Made by a program: the position numbers and the translations under genes. Positions 19,052 through 28,966 of a stretch of 64,000 nucleotides of DNA are shown here, in pieces. The stretch is from Vulcanimicrobiota bacterium. Its GTDB lineage: Bacteria; Vulcanimicrobiota; Xenobia; Xenobiales; JADMJV01. Each line of letters starts with the position of its first letter. Position 1 is the stretch's first letter. Below the pieces are notes generated by a model, which saw only the letters and a list, made by a program, of their open reading frames with translations, was not told where the DNA came from and ran no database searches. Location: NCBI GenBank assembly GCA_050250895.1, contig JBFWNU010000001.1, forward strand, positions 2,214,210 through 2,278,209, in the 5' to 3' direction.

Positions 19052-20661
19052 GACACCACCTCCGGCAGCCAGACGACGAAGCGGGCCCCCTCATCCTCTG
19101 GTCCCTCCACCGCGATACTACCCTGGTGCTGCTCGACGATCCGGCGGCAGATGGCCAGACCCAGACCTGTTCCCTCGCCCGCCGGCTTGGTGGTGTAGAA
19201 GGGGGTGAAGACCTTCTCTCGCTCGGCCGGCGGGATTCCCCGGCCGTTATCGGCCACGCACAGTTGCAGGCCGCCTCTCTCGAACCCGGTGGTGACGGTG
19301 ACCCGCCCTCCCCGGGCCACCGCATCCAGCGCGTTGCTGAGGAGATTGACGACCAGCTGGTTGAATGGGCCGGGATGGCATGAAAGTGGTTGGATGAAGT
19401 CAAAGCGCTTCACGATTTCGACCTCCTTGGCTTTGAACTGATGGCGCAGCAGCACCAACGCCGATTCGATACTCTCGCCAACGTCGATAGGCTTGCGTTC
19501 GGCCTCATCGAGGCGAGAGAAGGTGCGTAGTTGAAGTACGAGTTCTTTGACTCTGCCCAACCCGCTCAGCGATTCCTGCAGGCGGCGCCGGATTTTGGCC
19601 CAGCGAGCGGCCTGCCGGTCGTCGAGATGGGGCCCGACGGCGGGCTCGAGTTCGGCCAACCAGCCAACGACGTTGTGCAGGTTGGTGGCGACAAAGGTGA
19701 GAGGGTTGTTGACTTCGTGGGCAACTCCGGCCACCAGTTGTCCCAGGGTGGCCATCTTTTCCGAGTGGACGAGCTGGGTTTGGGCCTCTTCCAGACGACG
19801 ATACGACTCCTTGAGTTCCTGGTTCTTTTCGGCCAGCTGATCGGCCAGGGCGGCGCGCAGCTCTTTCTCTTGAATATGAGCTTCCAGGGCGAGGTTCTCG
19901 CGAACCGCGCGCAGCCGGCGCAGATGGTTTTTGACCCGGGCCTTGAGCAAGGCCAGGCCGTCACTCAACGAGACCACGTCGTCGAGACCCAATCCCAGCC
20001 AGTGACTGGTGCGCCGCTCACCCTGCACCAGCAAGATCAGCGGCAGATGGGATCCCAGCGAGTCTCGGACCCGGTCGAGGCCTTCACTTTCGAGCAAAGC
20101 CTCGTCTACTACCGCGCCTTCCAACGGTTGCTCGAGATCGCAATGGTCCAGCCGTTGGTGCTTCTGGATTTCGACTCCGTCTTCTTCAAAGGCGCTCGCA
20201 AGCTGCTCGAGTCGCTTGTGGTCGCTGACCAGCAACAGCAACTGAGGTCGGCGCAAGGCGCTGGCAGCCAGACTGGCCTGGCGGCCGCCGCTGCGGACCA
20301 GGGCGCTCAGACGGCTCAGCAGTGTCGGATGGTCGACGGATTTCTCCAGGTAGGCGTCGGCCCCACTCTCCAGGCCGCGTAATTCCAATTGATCCGAGTC
20401 GGCCCCGGTAAGGATGACCACCGGCAGGTCCCGGGTGTCGAGATTGCCGCGCAGGAGTCGGCACAGTTCATCGCCCCGCATGTCGGGCAGGTAAAAGTCG
20501 GTGAGAACCAGGGCGGGGCGGCGGTCGAGCACCGCCTGGACCGCCTGGTCGGCGCTCTCCACCCAGTCCACCTCCCAGCCCGCTCGTTCGAGCACGGCCG
20601 TCAGGCTCAGTGCCTGGGTTGGCGAGTCTTCGACCAACAGAATCCGGTGCGGTTCAATCAC
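19048..20661 (-). CDS. Hybrid receiver-histidine kinase
   Basis: N-terminal REC (ILLVEDSPTQ; LVLTDFYLPDMRGDE), a coiled-coil, an H-box (VAGVAHEVNNPL) and HATPase (GTGLGLAICRRI). It overlaps cheB by 8 nt. Confidence 0.7.
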   Translation of the reverse strand: MIEPHRILLVEDSPTQALSLTAVLERAGWEVDWVESADQAVQAVLDRRPALVLTDFYLPDMRGDELCRLLRGNLDTRDLPVVILTGADSDQLELRGLESGADAYLEKSVDHPTLLSRLSALVRSGGRQASLAASALRRPQLLLLVSDHKRLEQLASAFEEDGVEIQKHQRLDHCDLEQPLEGAVVDEALLESEGLDRVRDSLGSHLPLILLVQGERRTSHWLGLGLDDVVSLSDGLALLKARVKNHLRRLRAVRENLALEAHIQEKELRAALADQLAEKNQELKESYRRLEEAQTQLVHSEKMATLGQLVAGVAHEVNNPLTFVATNLHNVVGWLAELEPAVGPHLDDRQAARWAKIRRRLQESLSGLGRVKELVLQLRTFSRLDEAERKPIDVGESIESALVLLRHQFKAKEVEIVKRFDFIQPLSCHPGPFNQLVVNLLSNALDAVARGGRVTVTTGFERGGLQLCVADNGRGIPPAEREKVFTPFYTTKPAGEGTGLGLAICRRIVEQHQGSIAVEGPEDEGARFVVWLPEVVS

Positions 20662-21685
20662 GACGCGCCTCCTTGAGGGAAGACAACCATTTGGCGATAC
20701 TCTCGGGGCTGCGCGCCCGCGCCGTGGGAGCCTTCTCGAGGGCGCGTCGCGGCATACTCGCTACCAGGGCCGTGTCGGGCGCCTGCACGACGCCCAATCC
20801 ACCGGCCGCGGTCAGTTCGCCCAGGCCATCGGCTCCGTCACTTCCCATGCCGGTCAGCACCACCCCGGCCGCCCGACTCTTCAGGGCCTGAGCCAGCGAA
20901 CGCAGGAGCAGCGTGCCCGAGGGACGGTGGTATCCTACCGGCGGAGCATTGCTAAGCGAGAGCCGTCGGCCGAGCAGAGTAAGATGATAGCCGGACGGGG
21001 CCACATAGAGCCCGCCTCGAGTCAGGGTCTGGCCGTGGCTAGCTACGCAAACTTGCAGTCGCGTTTGAGTCTGAAGCCAGTTGGCGAAGTGGATCTCGAA
21101 GGTCGGGGTGATGTGCTGGACCAGCAGGATGGGCAGGTCGAAGTCCGGATCCAGCTTGCCAAAGATACTGGCTAATACGGCTGGCCCTCCGGTCGAAGCC
21201 ACCATGCCCACGGCTTCGCAGGTTTGGGGTCCGCCTCGGAGAGTCGCCGACTTGGGGCGGCCGTTTAGAGTGCGCCGCCGGCGTAGCACGGGCACCCGGC
21301 TCATGACCGCGAGCTTGGAATACAGGCTCTGGACCGCTCGCTCGTGTTCCGGGTCTGAGGGCGGCGGGGGTTTCTGTAAGACCTCCAGCGCCCCGAAGCG
21401 CAAGGCCTCGATGGCCCGGGTGTTGAGTTCGGGCAGCTTGCCGGTGACGACCACCACCGGAGTGGGATGGGTCTGCATGATGCGGCGCACGGCCTCGGCT
21501 CCGTCAAATTCGGGCAGGCAGAGGTCCATGCTGACGATGTCGGGACGCAGGCTTTCGGTCAGGGCGACCGCCTCGGGACCGCTGCCGGCCTCTCCCACCA
21601 CCTGGAAGCGCCCATCCTGGCTCAGGACGTGGCGAAGCAATACCAGATCGGCCTTCGAGTTCTCGACCAGTAGCACCCGAATCAT
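20654..21685 (-). CDS. cheB: Chemotaxis response regulator protein-glutamate methylesterase CheB
   Basis: REC N-terminal domain plus the CheB methylesterase domain (VASTGGPAVLASIF ... LLVQHI). Confidence 0.85.
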   Translation of the reverse strand: MIRVLLVENSKADLVLLRHVLSQDGRFQVVGEAGSGPEAVALTESLRPDIVSMDLCLPEFDGAEAVRRIMQTHPTPVVVVTGKLPELNTRAIEALRFGALEVLQKPPPPSDPEHERAVQSLYSKLAVMSRVPVLRRRRTLNGRPKSATLRGGPQTCEAVGMVASTGGPAVLASIFGKLDPDFDLPILLVQHITPTFEIHFANWLQTQTRLQVCVASHGQTLTRGGLYVAPSGYHLTLLGRRLSLSNAPPVGYHRPSGTLLLRSLAQALKSRAAGVVLTGMGSDGADGLGELTAAGGLGVVQAPDTALVASMPRRALEKAPTARARSPESIAKWLSSLKEARRD

Positions 21686-23766
21686 AATAGCTGTCTGACG
21701 GTTTCCAAGAGTTCCTCCTGCTGGAATCTTTGCTTGACAAGATAGGCCTGGGCCCCTAGTTCCAGGCCGCGTCGCTGGTCTACGGGGTCCGAGCGCGACG
21801 TCAGCAAAATAAACGGAAGGTCGCGATTGGGCCCGCTCGAGCGCACCCGCTCAAGTAATTCAAAACCTGTCATGCCGGGCATTTCTACATCGCTAACGAT
21901 CAGGTCGACCTGATTGAGACTCAGCTGCTCGAGGGCGTCGGGTCCGTCGACCGCCACCAGCACCAGATATCCCTCCGCTTCCAGGATACTGCGTTCCATG
22001 GCTCGGGTGGTGAGCGAGTCGTCGACCACCAGAATGACCCGGGGGCCGACTTCTGGCTCTTCGGCCGGCTGGCTGAAGTGGACCGGTCCGGCTTTCTGGA
22101 TCCGCTCGACCAGGGTGCCCAGCTTGAGCACCAGGGCCAGGCGGCCGTCGGCCAGCGGCCACACTCCGGCGAAGAGTTCGGTCGAGACCCCGGGCAGAGT
22201 GAGGGGCCGGATCATGGCGCGGCTGTGCCAGAGTAGCTGGTCGACGATCAGAGCGGCCTGGCCGAGCGGCGTCTTGACCACGACCAGCGGCAAAGCCTCG
22301 CCGTCGCCCAGCGAAACAGGTTGGCCCAGCAAGGTTCCCAGACCGGCCACGGGATAGGCCTCGTCGTCGAGCCGGATGATCTGGCCCTGGCCAGATTCCT
22401 CGAGTTGGTCTGGCTCGATCATCGAGAGCCGTTCGATCAGGTGGGCCGCCAGGCCGTAGACCTGACCGTTGCAAGAGACCAGCAGCAAGTCTTGAGCAGA
22501 GATGGAAACGGGCAACTCCAGGCGAACCGTCGTGCCCACGTTTTCCTCCGACTCGAGCAGGACATCGCCCGATAGCGACTGGATCACCTCGGAGAGCACC
22601 GCCAGGCCGACGCCGCGCCCGGCATAGTGGTCAATTTTGCTCTCGGTGGAAAACCCCGTGCGGAAGAGCAGTTGATGCAGTCGCTCGGGCGGGCAGTCTC
22701 CGGCTTCTTCGCTGGTCATCAGACCGAGTTGGACCGCCCTGGCCCGAATCTGGGCCAGGGATAGACCTCGGCCATCGTCGCAAACCTCCAGGCGGAGCTT
22801 GCCGCCCTCTTCGGCCAGCCGAAGTTCGACCGTGCCAGTGCCCGGCTTACCCACCCGAGCGCGCTGGTCTGGCGTTTCCAGCCCGTGGTGCACGCAATTG
22901 CGCAACAGATGCATGACGCCGGGTCGCAGCCGCTCGAGCACGGTCTTGTCGGCCAGCAACTCGAGCCCCACCTCGCGATAGCGAAGCTCTTTACCCTCGG
23001 CCCTTGCCTGCGCTCGCAGCGATGGTCCAAAACCCGACAGGACACCCGTGGCTTCGATCAAGCGCACCCTGGCCACGGCCCGCTCGAGGGTCATGGTGCC
23101 GCGGGCCAGTCGCTGAGAATTGTCGCGCAGGCGGGTGCGGGTGTCTCTGAGTTTAGCCGCCAACTCGAAAAGCGCCCGTTCATGTCCCTTGGAGTCGGCC
23201 GAGGGAAGACTGGTCAAGCCTTCTTCAATGTGCTTGAGTTCGTTGGAAAAGGTGTCGTGTAAGCTGCTGATGGTCACCAGGTCGGCCAGACTACTGAGCA
23301 GTTCGTCGAGGCCATGCGAGCGGCTGCGCTCGATGGCCGGGGTCGGTGGGGCGGCCGGGGCGACCACCTCGGCTGGGAGAACGACATCTTCGCCCAGCCA
23401 CACGGCCAGCGACCCATCGAGACTCAGGTCGCTCTCGGGGTCGGGTTGCGACAGCGAGTTGACGTAGTCTTCGATATGATCGAGGCACTCTTCTATCAAC
23501 ACCAAAGCCTCTTCGTCGAGAGTCTGGCGGCCGGTCGAAAGCCGGCTCAACACGGTTTCGAGACGATGGGCAGCGCGCTCGACGGGCGGCACGGCGGCGG
23601 CCCGGGCTGCTCCTTTGAGGGTGTGGCAGGCTCGTAGCATCTCCTCGAGGCCACTCGAGGACGACTCGTCGAGAGCCCGCCGAAAGCCTGCTCGCAGCAC
23701 CTTGAGATAGTCGCGGTATTCACTGCGAAAAGCCTCGAGCAGGCGGATGGCGAGCGCGTCGCTCAT
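21682..23766 (-). CDS. cheA: CheA-like histidine kinase with C-terminal receiver (CheA-REC hybrid)
   Basis: Hpt domain (LRACHTLKGAARAA), HATPase, CheW-like domain and C-terminal REC (ILVVDDSLTTR; LIVSDVEMPGMTG). The start was chosen at the ATG that forms an ATGA overlap with the cheW stop; the track ORF extends to 24171 through a low-complexity P/G/R-rich region. Confidence 0.75.
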   Translation of the reverse strand: MSDALAIRLLEAFRSEYRDYLKVLRAGFRRALDESSSSGLEEMLRACHTLKGAARAAAVPPVERAAHRLETVLSRLSTGRQTLDEEALVLIEECLDHIEDYVNSLSQPDPESDLSLDGSLAVWLGEDVVLPAEVVAPAAPPTPAIERSRSHGLDELLSSLADLVTISSLHDTFSNELKHIEEGLTSLPSADSKGHERALFELAAKLRDTRTRLRDNSQRLARGTMTLERAVARVRLIEATGVLSGFGPSLRAQARAEGKELRYREVGLELLADKTVLERLRPGVMHLLRNCVHHGLETPDQRARVGKPGTGTVELRLAEEGGKLRLEVCDDGRGLSLAQIRARAVQLGLMTSEEAGDCPPERLHQLLFRTGFSTESKIDHYAGRGVGLAVLSEVIQSLSGDVLLESEENVGTTVRLELPVSISAQDLLLVSCNGQVYGLAAHLIERLSMIEPDQLEESGQGQIIRLDDEAYPVAGLGTLLGQPVSLGDGEALPLVVVKTPLGQAALIVDQLLWHSRAMIRPLTLPGVSTELFAGVWPLADGRLALVLKLGTLVERIQKAGPVHFSQPAEEPEVGPRVILVVDDSLTTRAMERSILEAEGYLVLVAVDGPDALEQLSLNQVDLIVSDVEMPGMTGFELLERVRSSGPNRDLPFILLTSRSDPVDQRRGLELGAQAYLVKQRFQQEELLETVRQLL

Positions 23767-24251
23767 GGGGCTTGTCCTGTGAAGATGCGGTGGGCCAGTA
23801 GCTTGGCGGCATCCAACACGGCCACCCCGTCGCCGGTGAGCGCCTGGACGGCCGCCTCGCCCGGGGTGGGAGCCCGAAGTTGCTCTGGCCTGAGCTCGAG
23901 AAAGTCGCCCAGTTCGTCGACGGCCAGGCCGATCTCGCTGTGGGGATGGCGCAGTAGCAAGATCGTTACTCGTTGTCCCAGGGGGGCCTGGGTTCTCCCC
24001 AGCAGACGGGCCAGAGAAAACACCGGATGGAGTCGGCCCTGATGCTGGACCAGGCCCAGCAGTTCGGGCTCTGAACCCGGTAAGGGCGTAAGGTTTTGGG
24101 CCACGAACACCCCGGCCAGGGCCTTGAGATAAAAGCCTACGCGGGTTCGAGAAAGTAGCACGGTCAGACACGGCTCACCAACCTGTGTCGCCTGTCGGCG
24201 GCCGGGTGCGGCCAGAGCCTGACCACGTTGCCGGCGGACTTCATCGGTCAT
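23763..24251 (-). CDS. cheW: CheW coupling protein
   Basis: The internal ATG gives a 162-aa CheW-like domain (LGLVQHQGRLHPVFSLARLLG ... ILLLRHPHSEIGLAVDEL). The upstream part of the track ORF overlaps cheR. Confidence 0.7.
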   Translation of the reverse strand: MTDEVRRQRGQALAAPGRRQATQVGEPCLTVLLSRTRVGFYLKALAGVFVAQNLTPLPGSEPELLGLVQHQGRLHPVFSLARLLGRTQAPLGQRVTILLLRHPHSEIGLAVDELGDFLELRPEQLRAPTPGEAAVQALTGDGVAVLDAAKLLAHRIFTGQAP

Positions 24252-25575
24252 TGCCGACCCCCTTGAGCTGCCCGGAGACAGCCGAACGCAGCTCTTCTCT
24301 GGTGACGCCGTCAAGCCATTCAAGCCCGCGTGCCGAGCCCGGGTCAGACAGCAGCCTTTGCAGCGTCGATAGAGACTTGCGAGCGCGTTCAGCTTGACCC
24401 TGCTCGCGGGCGAAAATCGCCTGATAGTAGTGGGCCGGCAGGAAGCGACGATCGAGAAACAGAGCCCGGTCCAGCGCCTCGGCACAGGCTGTGGAGCGGC
24501 CCTGTTCGTCGAGCAGCAAAGCGTGCAGAAAGTGAGCGGCCGGCTCGAGGGGGTTGGCCTTCAAATAGCCTTCGCAGGCTGCCTGAGCCTGGAGGATTTG
24601 GCCTTGATCGGCCAGCTGGCGAATCTCTTTGAGGCTCGGGGCAGGCGGCGGCTGCCTGACGGCGGAGCAGCGTCGAGCCGGGCTCATGGACGAGCTGGGC
24701 GCCCGCGGGCGGGGGGGTTTGGAAACACTGGGTTTGAGGGGCTTGCGAAAAGCAGACACGCCCTCGAGGCGAACCCTTTCCAGGCCCTGCAAAAGATCCA
24801 GCCCCGGTTCGGAGTGACCTACCAGCAACCAGCCACCCGGCCGCAGACAGGCCCGCAGCGAAGCCAGGACGCGCCGCATCAAGCGCAGACTAAAATAGAT
24901 CATCACGTTGCGGCAGAGGATAAGATCCACGGAGCCCGGGCTCGGGAACTCCTGGCCGGCCAGGTTGTGAAAACCGTATTGAATCAGGTCGCGATACTTC
25001 TCTAGCAGCAACCAGCGGCCAGCTCGGGGCAGGAAGCACTCCCGTCGAACGGCCTCGGGGGTCGAGCGCAAGCTCCAGTTGTTGTAGCTGGCGGTCCGAG
25101 CTTGTTCGAGCGCTTGCTGATCGATGTCGGTGGCCCATAGCCCCAGGTTCCAGCCGGTCAGAGATTGGCTGAAGCCACGTCGCAGCAGGATATTGAGACT
25201 GGCGGGCTCGGCCCCGTTGGCACAACCGGCCGACCAGATTCGCAGACTGCGGCGGGTTCGATTTTGTTCGAGCAAGGCCGGAATGATCTCTCGCTCGAGG
25301 GCGAAGAAATGGCGTCGATTACGAAAAAAGTAGGTTTCCCCCACGGTCAGCACCGAAATCAGGCGCGCCATCTCTCCCTGGCTGGGGTCATAGGGACTTA
25401 GCTGCTCGAGATAGGCCTTGCAGCTGTTTGCGCCGACAGCCGTCAGCCGCTTGGCCACCCGCCGAGCGAGGTCCTCGGGGCGACTCTGGTAGTAATGAAG
25501 TCCTGAACTGGCCAGGGCCACGTCCCTCAGACGCTCAAAATGGGGGTCGGCCAGAACCTGGGCTTCACTGCTCAT
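24241..25575 (-). CDS. cheR: Chemotaxis protein methyltransferase CheR with C-terminal TPR repeats
   Basis: CheR N-terminal and SAM-methyltransferase domains (IWSAGCANGAEP), followed by a TPR-like C-terminal region. Confidence 0.8.
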   Translation of the reverse strand: MSSEAQVLADPHFERLRDVALASSGLHYYQSRPEDLARRVAKRLTAVGANSCKAYLEQLSPYDPSQGEMARLISVLTVGETYFFRNRRHFFALEREIIPALLEQNRTRRSLRIWSAGCANGAEPASLNILLRRGFSQSLTGWNLGLWATDIDQQALEQARTASYNNWSLRSTPEAVRRECFLPRAGRWLLLEKYRDLIQYGFHNLAGQEFPSPGSVDLILCRNVMIYFSLRLMRRVLASLRACLRPGGWLLVGHSEPGLDLLQGLERVRLEGVSAFRKPLKPSVSKPPRPRAPSSSMSPARRCSAVRQPPPAPSLKEIRQLADQGQILQAQAACEGYLKANPLEPAAHFLHALLLDEQGRSTACAEALDRALFLDRRFLPAHYYQAIFAREQGQAERARKSLSTLQRLLSDPGSARGLEWLDGVTREELRSAVSGQLKGVGNDR

Positions 25576-26066
25576 TTTGCGGCCGCCCCCGCTCTGGCCA
25601 GCCTACTTTGGGCTCGTTGTTGGAGTGCCCGCGTGGCTGCTTGCTCGTAATCTTGCAGGAGTTTGACCTCGCAGAGCAAGCTCAAGAGGCCGATTTCCGT
25701 TGTGGCCACCAGAGCCTCCACGCAAGGCGCAAACGCCTCATGGTCTTGCTCTACCGGCTGCCAGGTTCCGGGGGGTAGCAAGGTGTGAGCTCGAAACACG
25801 TGCAGGGCGAATGGAGGCGGTTGCCCACGCAAGATCAAGAGAGGGCTATAAAGGTCTAGTTCTCGGATGGGAAGACCCCAGAGCCGGGCCGGACAGACAA
25901 CCGGCACGGCCAGCCCTTCGTAATTGAGCACCCCGGTGACGAAGTCGGGGCTCTCGGGCACCTGGGCCAGTTCTGGGCAGGGCACGATTTCTTGCAAAGC
26001 ACTCGAGCGTAGCGCCAGCTGCAAATCGCAGACCTCGAACCGCAGCAGGTGCTCGCCCGGGTTCAC
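25572..26066 (-). CDS. Second CheW-like coupling protein
   Basis: 164 aa with a CheW-like core (FVTGVLNYEGLAVPVVCPARLWGL). It overlaps the cheR start by 4 nt. Confidence 0.55.
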   Translation of the reverse strand: MNPGEHLLRFEVCDLQLALRSSALQEIVPCPELAQVPESPDFVTGVLNYEGLAVPVVCPARLWGLPIRELDLYSPLLILRGQPPPFALHVFRAHTLLPPGTWQPVEQDHEAFAPCVEALVATTEIGLLSLLCEVKLLQDYEQAATRALQQRAQSRLARAGAAAK

Positions 26067-26476
26067 GGACGCCTCACCAACGTAAGCCCCAGTTGGTCCA
26101 CGGCGGCGACCACTTTCAGCAGTTGGGCCAATCCGATGGGCTTCTCCACGAAAACGTCTGGCGGCGGGGTGTCGGCTGACAATAGCTCGGGTTGGCTGGT
26201 CGCAATGGCCACGGCGATATCACAGAACTGCTCATCGGATCGAATGCGAGCCAGGAGTTCACCTCCATCCATGGAGGGCAGTTGCAGGTCGAGCAAGATC
26301 AGATCGGGTCTGGGTTGGTCATGATATTCGCCCCGGCGATAGAGAAAGTCGAGGGCCGGCGGCCCGTCGCGAACGACGTGGATGGCGTTGAAGACCTTCG
26401 AGTCCTTGAGGTTCTCGAGGGTCAGCAAAATATCTCCCGGGTTGTCCTCTACGAGGAGAATCTCCAGTGGTTTCAA
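26063..26476 (-). CDS. Single-domain response regulator (receiver), probable TTG start
   Basis: Receiver motifs ILLVEDNPGD ... LILLDLQLPSMDG ... FVEKP. There is no ATG or GTG before the domain. A TTG at 26476 is preceded by GGGAG and overlaps the upstream kinase stop as TTGA. The 5' 90 codons of the track ORF are out-of-frame overlap with the upstream gene. Confidence 0.5.
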   Translation of the reverse strand: MKPLEILLVEDNPGDILLTLENLKDSKVFNAIHVVRDGPPALDFLYRRGEYHDQPRPDLILLDLQLPSMDGGELLARIRSDEQFCDIAVAIATSQPELLSADTPPPDVFVEKPIGLAQLLKVVAAVDQLGLTLVRRP

Positions 26477-28959
26477 CAGGCTTGCTCCCGGCGCGCCTCG
26501 GAATGGCGCGGTAAAGTGATCGAGACGACGACCCCCCTCTCCCTTCTTCGATTTCTGATCGAGATTGTCCCCTTGAAACGGGCAACGATTGTTTGACACA
26601 AGTGAAGGCCTAAACCTACTCCGGGAAACTCCTCTCTTCCATGGAGTCGGCCAAATAGACGGAAGCAACGCTCGGTGTCTTCGGAGGGCAAACCGGGGCC
26701 GTTGTCGCTCACCGTCAAGAGCCACTGGGTGCCTGCGTCGACACACTCCACCACCACGGCAGGTGTCTCGTCACCACGAAATTTGGTGGCGTTGGAAAGC
26801 AGCTGGAAGAAGACCTCTTCGAGCAATCGCTCGGGCATCGTCACCACCGGCTTCGGACCGAGCCAGGTGATCCTGGCATCGACTTCGCCCAGGCGCTCCA
26901 GACTGCTCTCGAAGGCGGCCCCGCAGTCGGCCTCGCCACCCTCCACGGCCGCTCCCTCGAGGCGCGAGAGAAAGAGCAAGCCCGTCAACATCTGTTGCAT
27001 CCGTCGGGCTCCGTCGATGGCAAACGCCACGAACTCGGCCTGGTCGGCGGGAAGGGTAGTGGACGCCCTGCGATTGAGCAACTCGAGATAGCCAACCACC
27101 ATTCGTAGTGGCTCTTGCAGATCGTGGGATAGCACGTACTGGAGGTGGGCTAACTCCAGGCGGGCTCTGGGTTCACTGTGGGTAACCTGGGCCTTCGAGC
27201 GCACCAGGCAGCCGCGTCGATGCTCGTCGATGGGCCAGGTTTGGGCCATTTTCAGGGCCTCGGCCAGGTTGACCGGATCGGACTTGAGGGCCAGGGCGGT
27301 CGGGTTGCAGGGGCGGATGCCCCCATCGTCGTCGAGCACGAAGATGGCCTCGGGGCAGCGGGCAAACACTGCCTCGAGGGTCTCGGTGAAGGGGTCGGGG
27401 CCCTGCCCGGTGGGGTCGGGCAGCAACGGCGGGGGGGCCTCGAGAACTTCTTCGACCCGCGTCAGCAGTCGGCCCGGTGTGAACGGTTTGAGCAGTATCG
27501 GGAGAGGGTGTTCCGATTTGATGGGATCTTCGGCGTGACTGGTGAGCATGACTACCCGCAACTGAGGGGACCGCCGGTGGAACTTCCTGGCCAACTCGAG
27601 TCCCGGCGTGCGCCCAAATTGGCGAGCCACGATCAAAAGCTCGACACGAGAATCGAAGAGCGCCTCGGCTTCGCTAGGACCGGCCGCCAGGCGTATTTCG
27701 AAGCCGACCTTTTCGAGCACTTTCTGAATCAGGCGCCGCAACGACGAACTGGGCTCGACCGCCAGCACGGTCGCGGTGCGACTGGGCGAGGTGATCTCGG
27801 CGGGCGACGCCGGATCGGCCATCGTCTCTTCACTCAGCGGCAGATACACGGTCATGCGAGTGCCGCTACCAAGGTCGCTGTCCACCTCGATGGCTCCGTT
27901 ACAGGAACGGAGAATACCGTAGACGGTGGACAGCCCCAGACCGGTACCGCGGCCCTCGGGCTTGGTGGTGTAAAAGGGGTCGAAGATCCTGGACATCTCT
28001 TCGGGGGAGATGCCACAGCCGCTGTCGGCCACCGACAGGCGGGTATAGCTGCCTGCCTCGCGCAAGCCCAGGCGTTCCTTTTGCGCTTCGCCGATCTCGA
28101 CTGACGAGGTTTCTACCAGGATTCGCCCCCCCTCGGGCATGGCATCGCGGGCGTTGACGACCAGATTGAGAATGACCTGCTCGAGGTGTCCCCGGTCGGC
28201 CTTCACCCACGGCAGCGGAGTTTGCAACTCGATGTCGAGAGTGGTCTGCTTGGGTAGCAGACGGTTTAGCATGCGAACCATATGATCGACCACCTCGTTG
28301 ACATCCACCGCCTCGAGGCGAGGCTGATCGCGGCGGCTGAAAGCCAGGATCTGCCGAGTCAGGTCAGCGGCCCGCTCGCCGGCTTTCTGGATCTCTTCGG
28401 CGTCGGCTCGGCTTTGCGGATCTTCGAGTTCGGCGCAGAGGATGCTCGAATACCCGAGGATGCTGGTGAGCATGTTGTTGAAATCGTGAGCGATGCCTCC
28501 GGCCAGCCGGCCCAGAGCCTCGAGCCGTTGGGCTTCGCGGAAACGGTCGCGGGTGGCCAACATGGCTTCGGTGACCCGCTTGCGTTCGATGGCATGCAGC
28601 AGCACGCGACGCAGCACGGCGGCCTTGGCGCTGTCCTTGACCAGATAGTCTTCGGCTCCTTCTCGCAAGGCCGCGATGGCCATGCGCTCGTCGTCAAAGC
28701 CCGTGAGAACCACGATGGGTATCGAGGGAAATTGCGCCCGCAGAGTCGATACCCCGCCCAGACCCGTGGCGTCCGGCAGCGACAGATCAAGCAGGATTAT
28801 GTCGATGCCGGGCTGCTTGAGGCGTCGAGTGGCTTCGGAGAGCCGATTGACCTCTTCCACCTGGATCCGAGGCTCCTGAATCTCGGCCAGCTCTAGCTTG
28901 ACCAGTCGGCGCTCGTCTGGTGAGTCCTCAATCAGCAGCACCTTGAATTCGCTGAACAA
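26473..28959 (-). CDS. Multi-domain hybrid sensor kinase (REC-HisKA/HATPase-REC-HisKA/HATPase)
   Basis: N-terminal REC (VLLIEDSPDE; ILLDLSLPDATG), an H-box (IAHDFNNML) with HATPase (GTGLGLSTV), a second receiver-like region, and a second H-box (YVLSHDLQEPL) with HATPase (GVGLGLHLCQ). Confidence 0.75.
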   Translation of the reverse strand: MFSEFKVLLIEDSPDERRLVKLELAEIQEPRIQVEEVNRLSEATRRLKQPGIDIILLDLSLPDATGLGGVSTLRAQFPSIPIVVLTGFDDERMAIAALREGAEDYLVKDSAKAAVLRRVLLHAIERKRVTEAMLATRDRFREAQRLEALGRLAGGIAHDFNNMLTSILGYSSILCAELEDPQSRADAEEIQKAGERAADLTRQILAFSRRDQPRLEAVDVNEVVDHMVRMLNRLLPKQTTLDIELQTPLPWVKADRGHLEQVILNLVVNARDAMPEGGRILVETSSVEIGEAQKERLGLREAGSYTRLSVADSGCGISPEEMSRIFDPFYTTKPEGRGTGLGLSTVYGILRSCNGAIEVDSDLGSGTRMTVYLPLSEETMADPASPAEITSPSRTATVLAVEPSSSLRRLIQKVLEKVGFEIRLAAGPSEAEALFDSRVELLIVARQFGRTPGLELARKFHRRSPQLRVVMLTSHAEDPIKSEHPLPILLKPFTPGRLLTRVEEVLEAPPPLLPDPTGQGPDPFTETLEAVFARCPEAIFVLDDDGGIRPCNPTALALKSDPVNLAEALKMAQTWPIDEHRRGCLVRSKAQVTHSEPRARLELAHLQYVLSHDLQEPLRMVVGYLELLNRRASTTLPADQAEFVAFAIDGARRMQQMLTGLLFLSRLEGAAVEGGEADCGAAFESSLERLGEVDARITWLGPKPVVTMPERLLEEVFFQLLSNATKFRGDETPAVVVECVDAGTQWLLTVSDNGPGLPSEDTERCFRLFGRLHGREEFPGVGLGLHLCQTIVARFKGTISIRNRRRERGVVVSITLPRHSEARREQAC

Positions 28960-28966
28960 GGTTGCG

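Noticed and set aside
21893-22474. Overlapping ORFs inside cheA (193 aa on minus and 147 aa on plus)
   Set aside because: Alternative-frame shadows within a confidently called CheA gene.
27178-28104. 308-aa plus-strand ORF antisense to the hybrid kinase
   Set aside because: G/R/A-rich shadow ORF.
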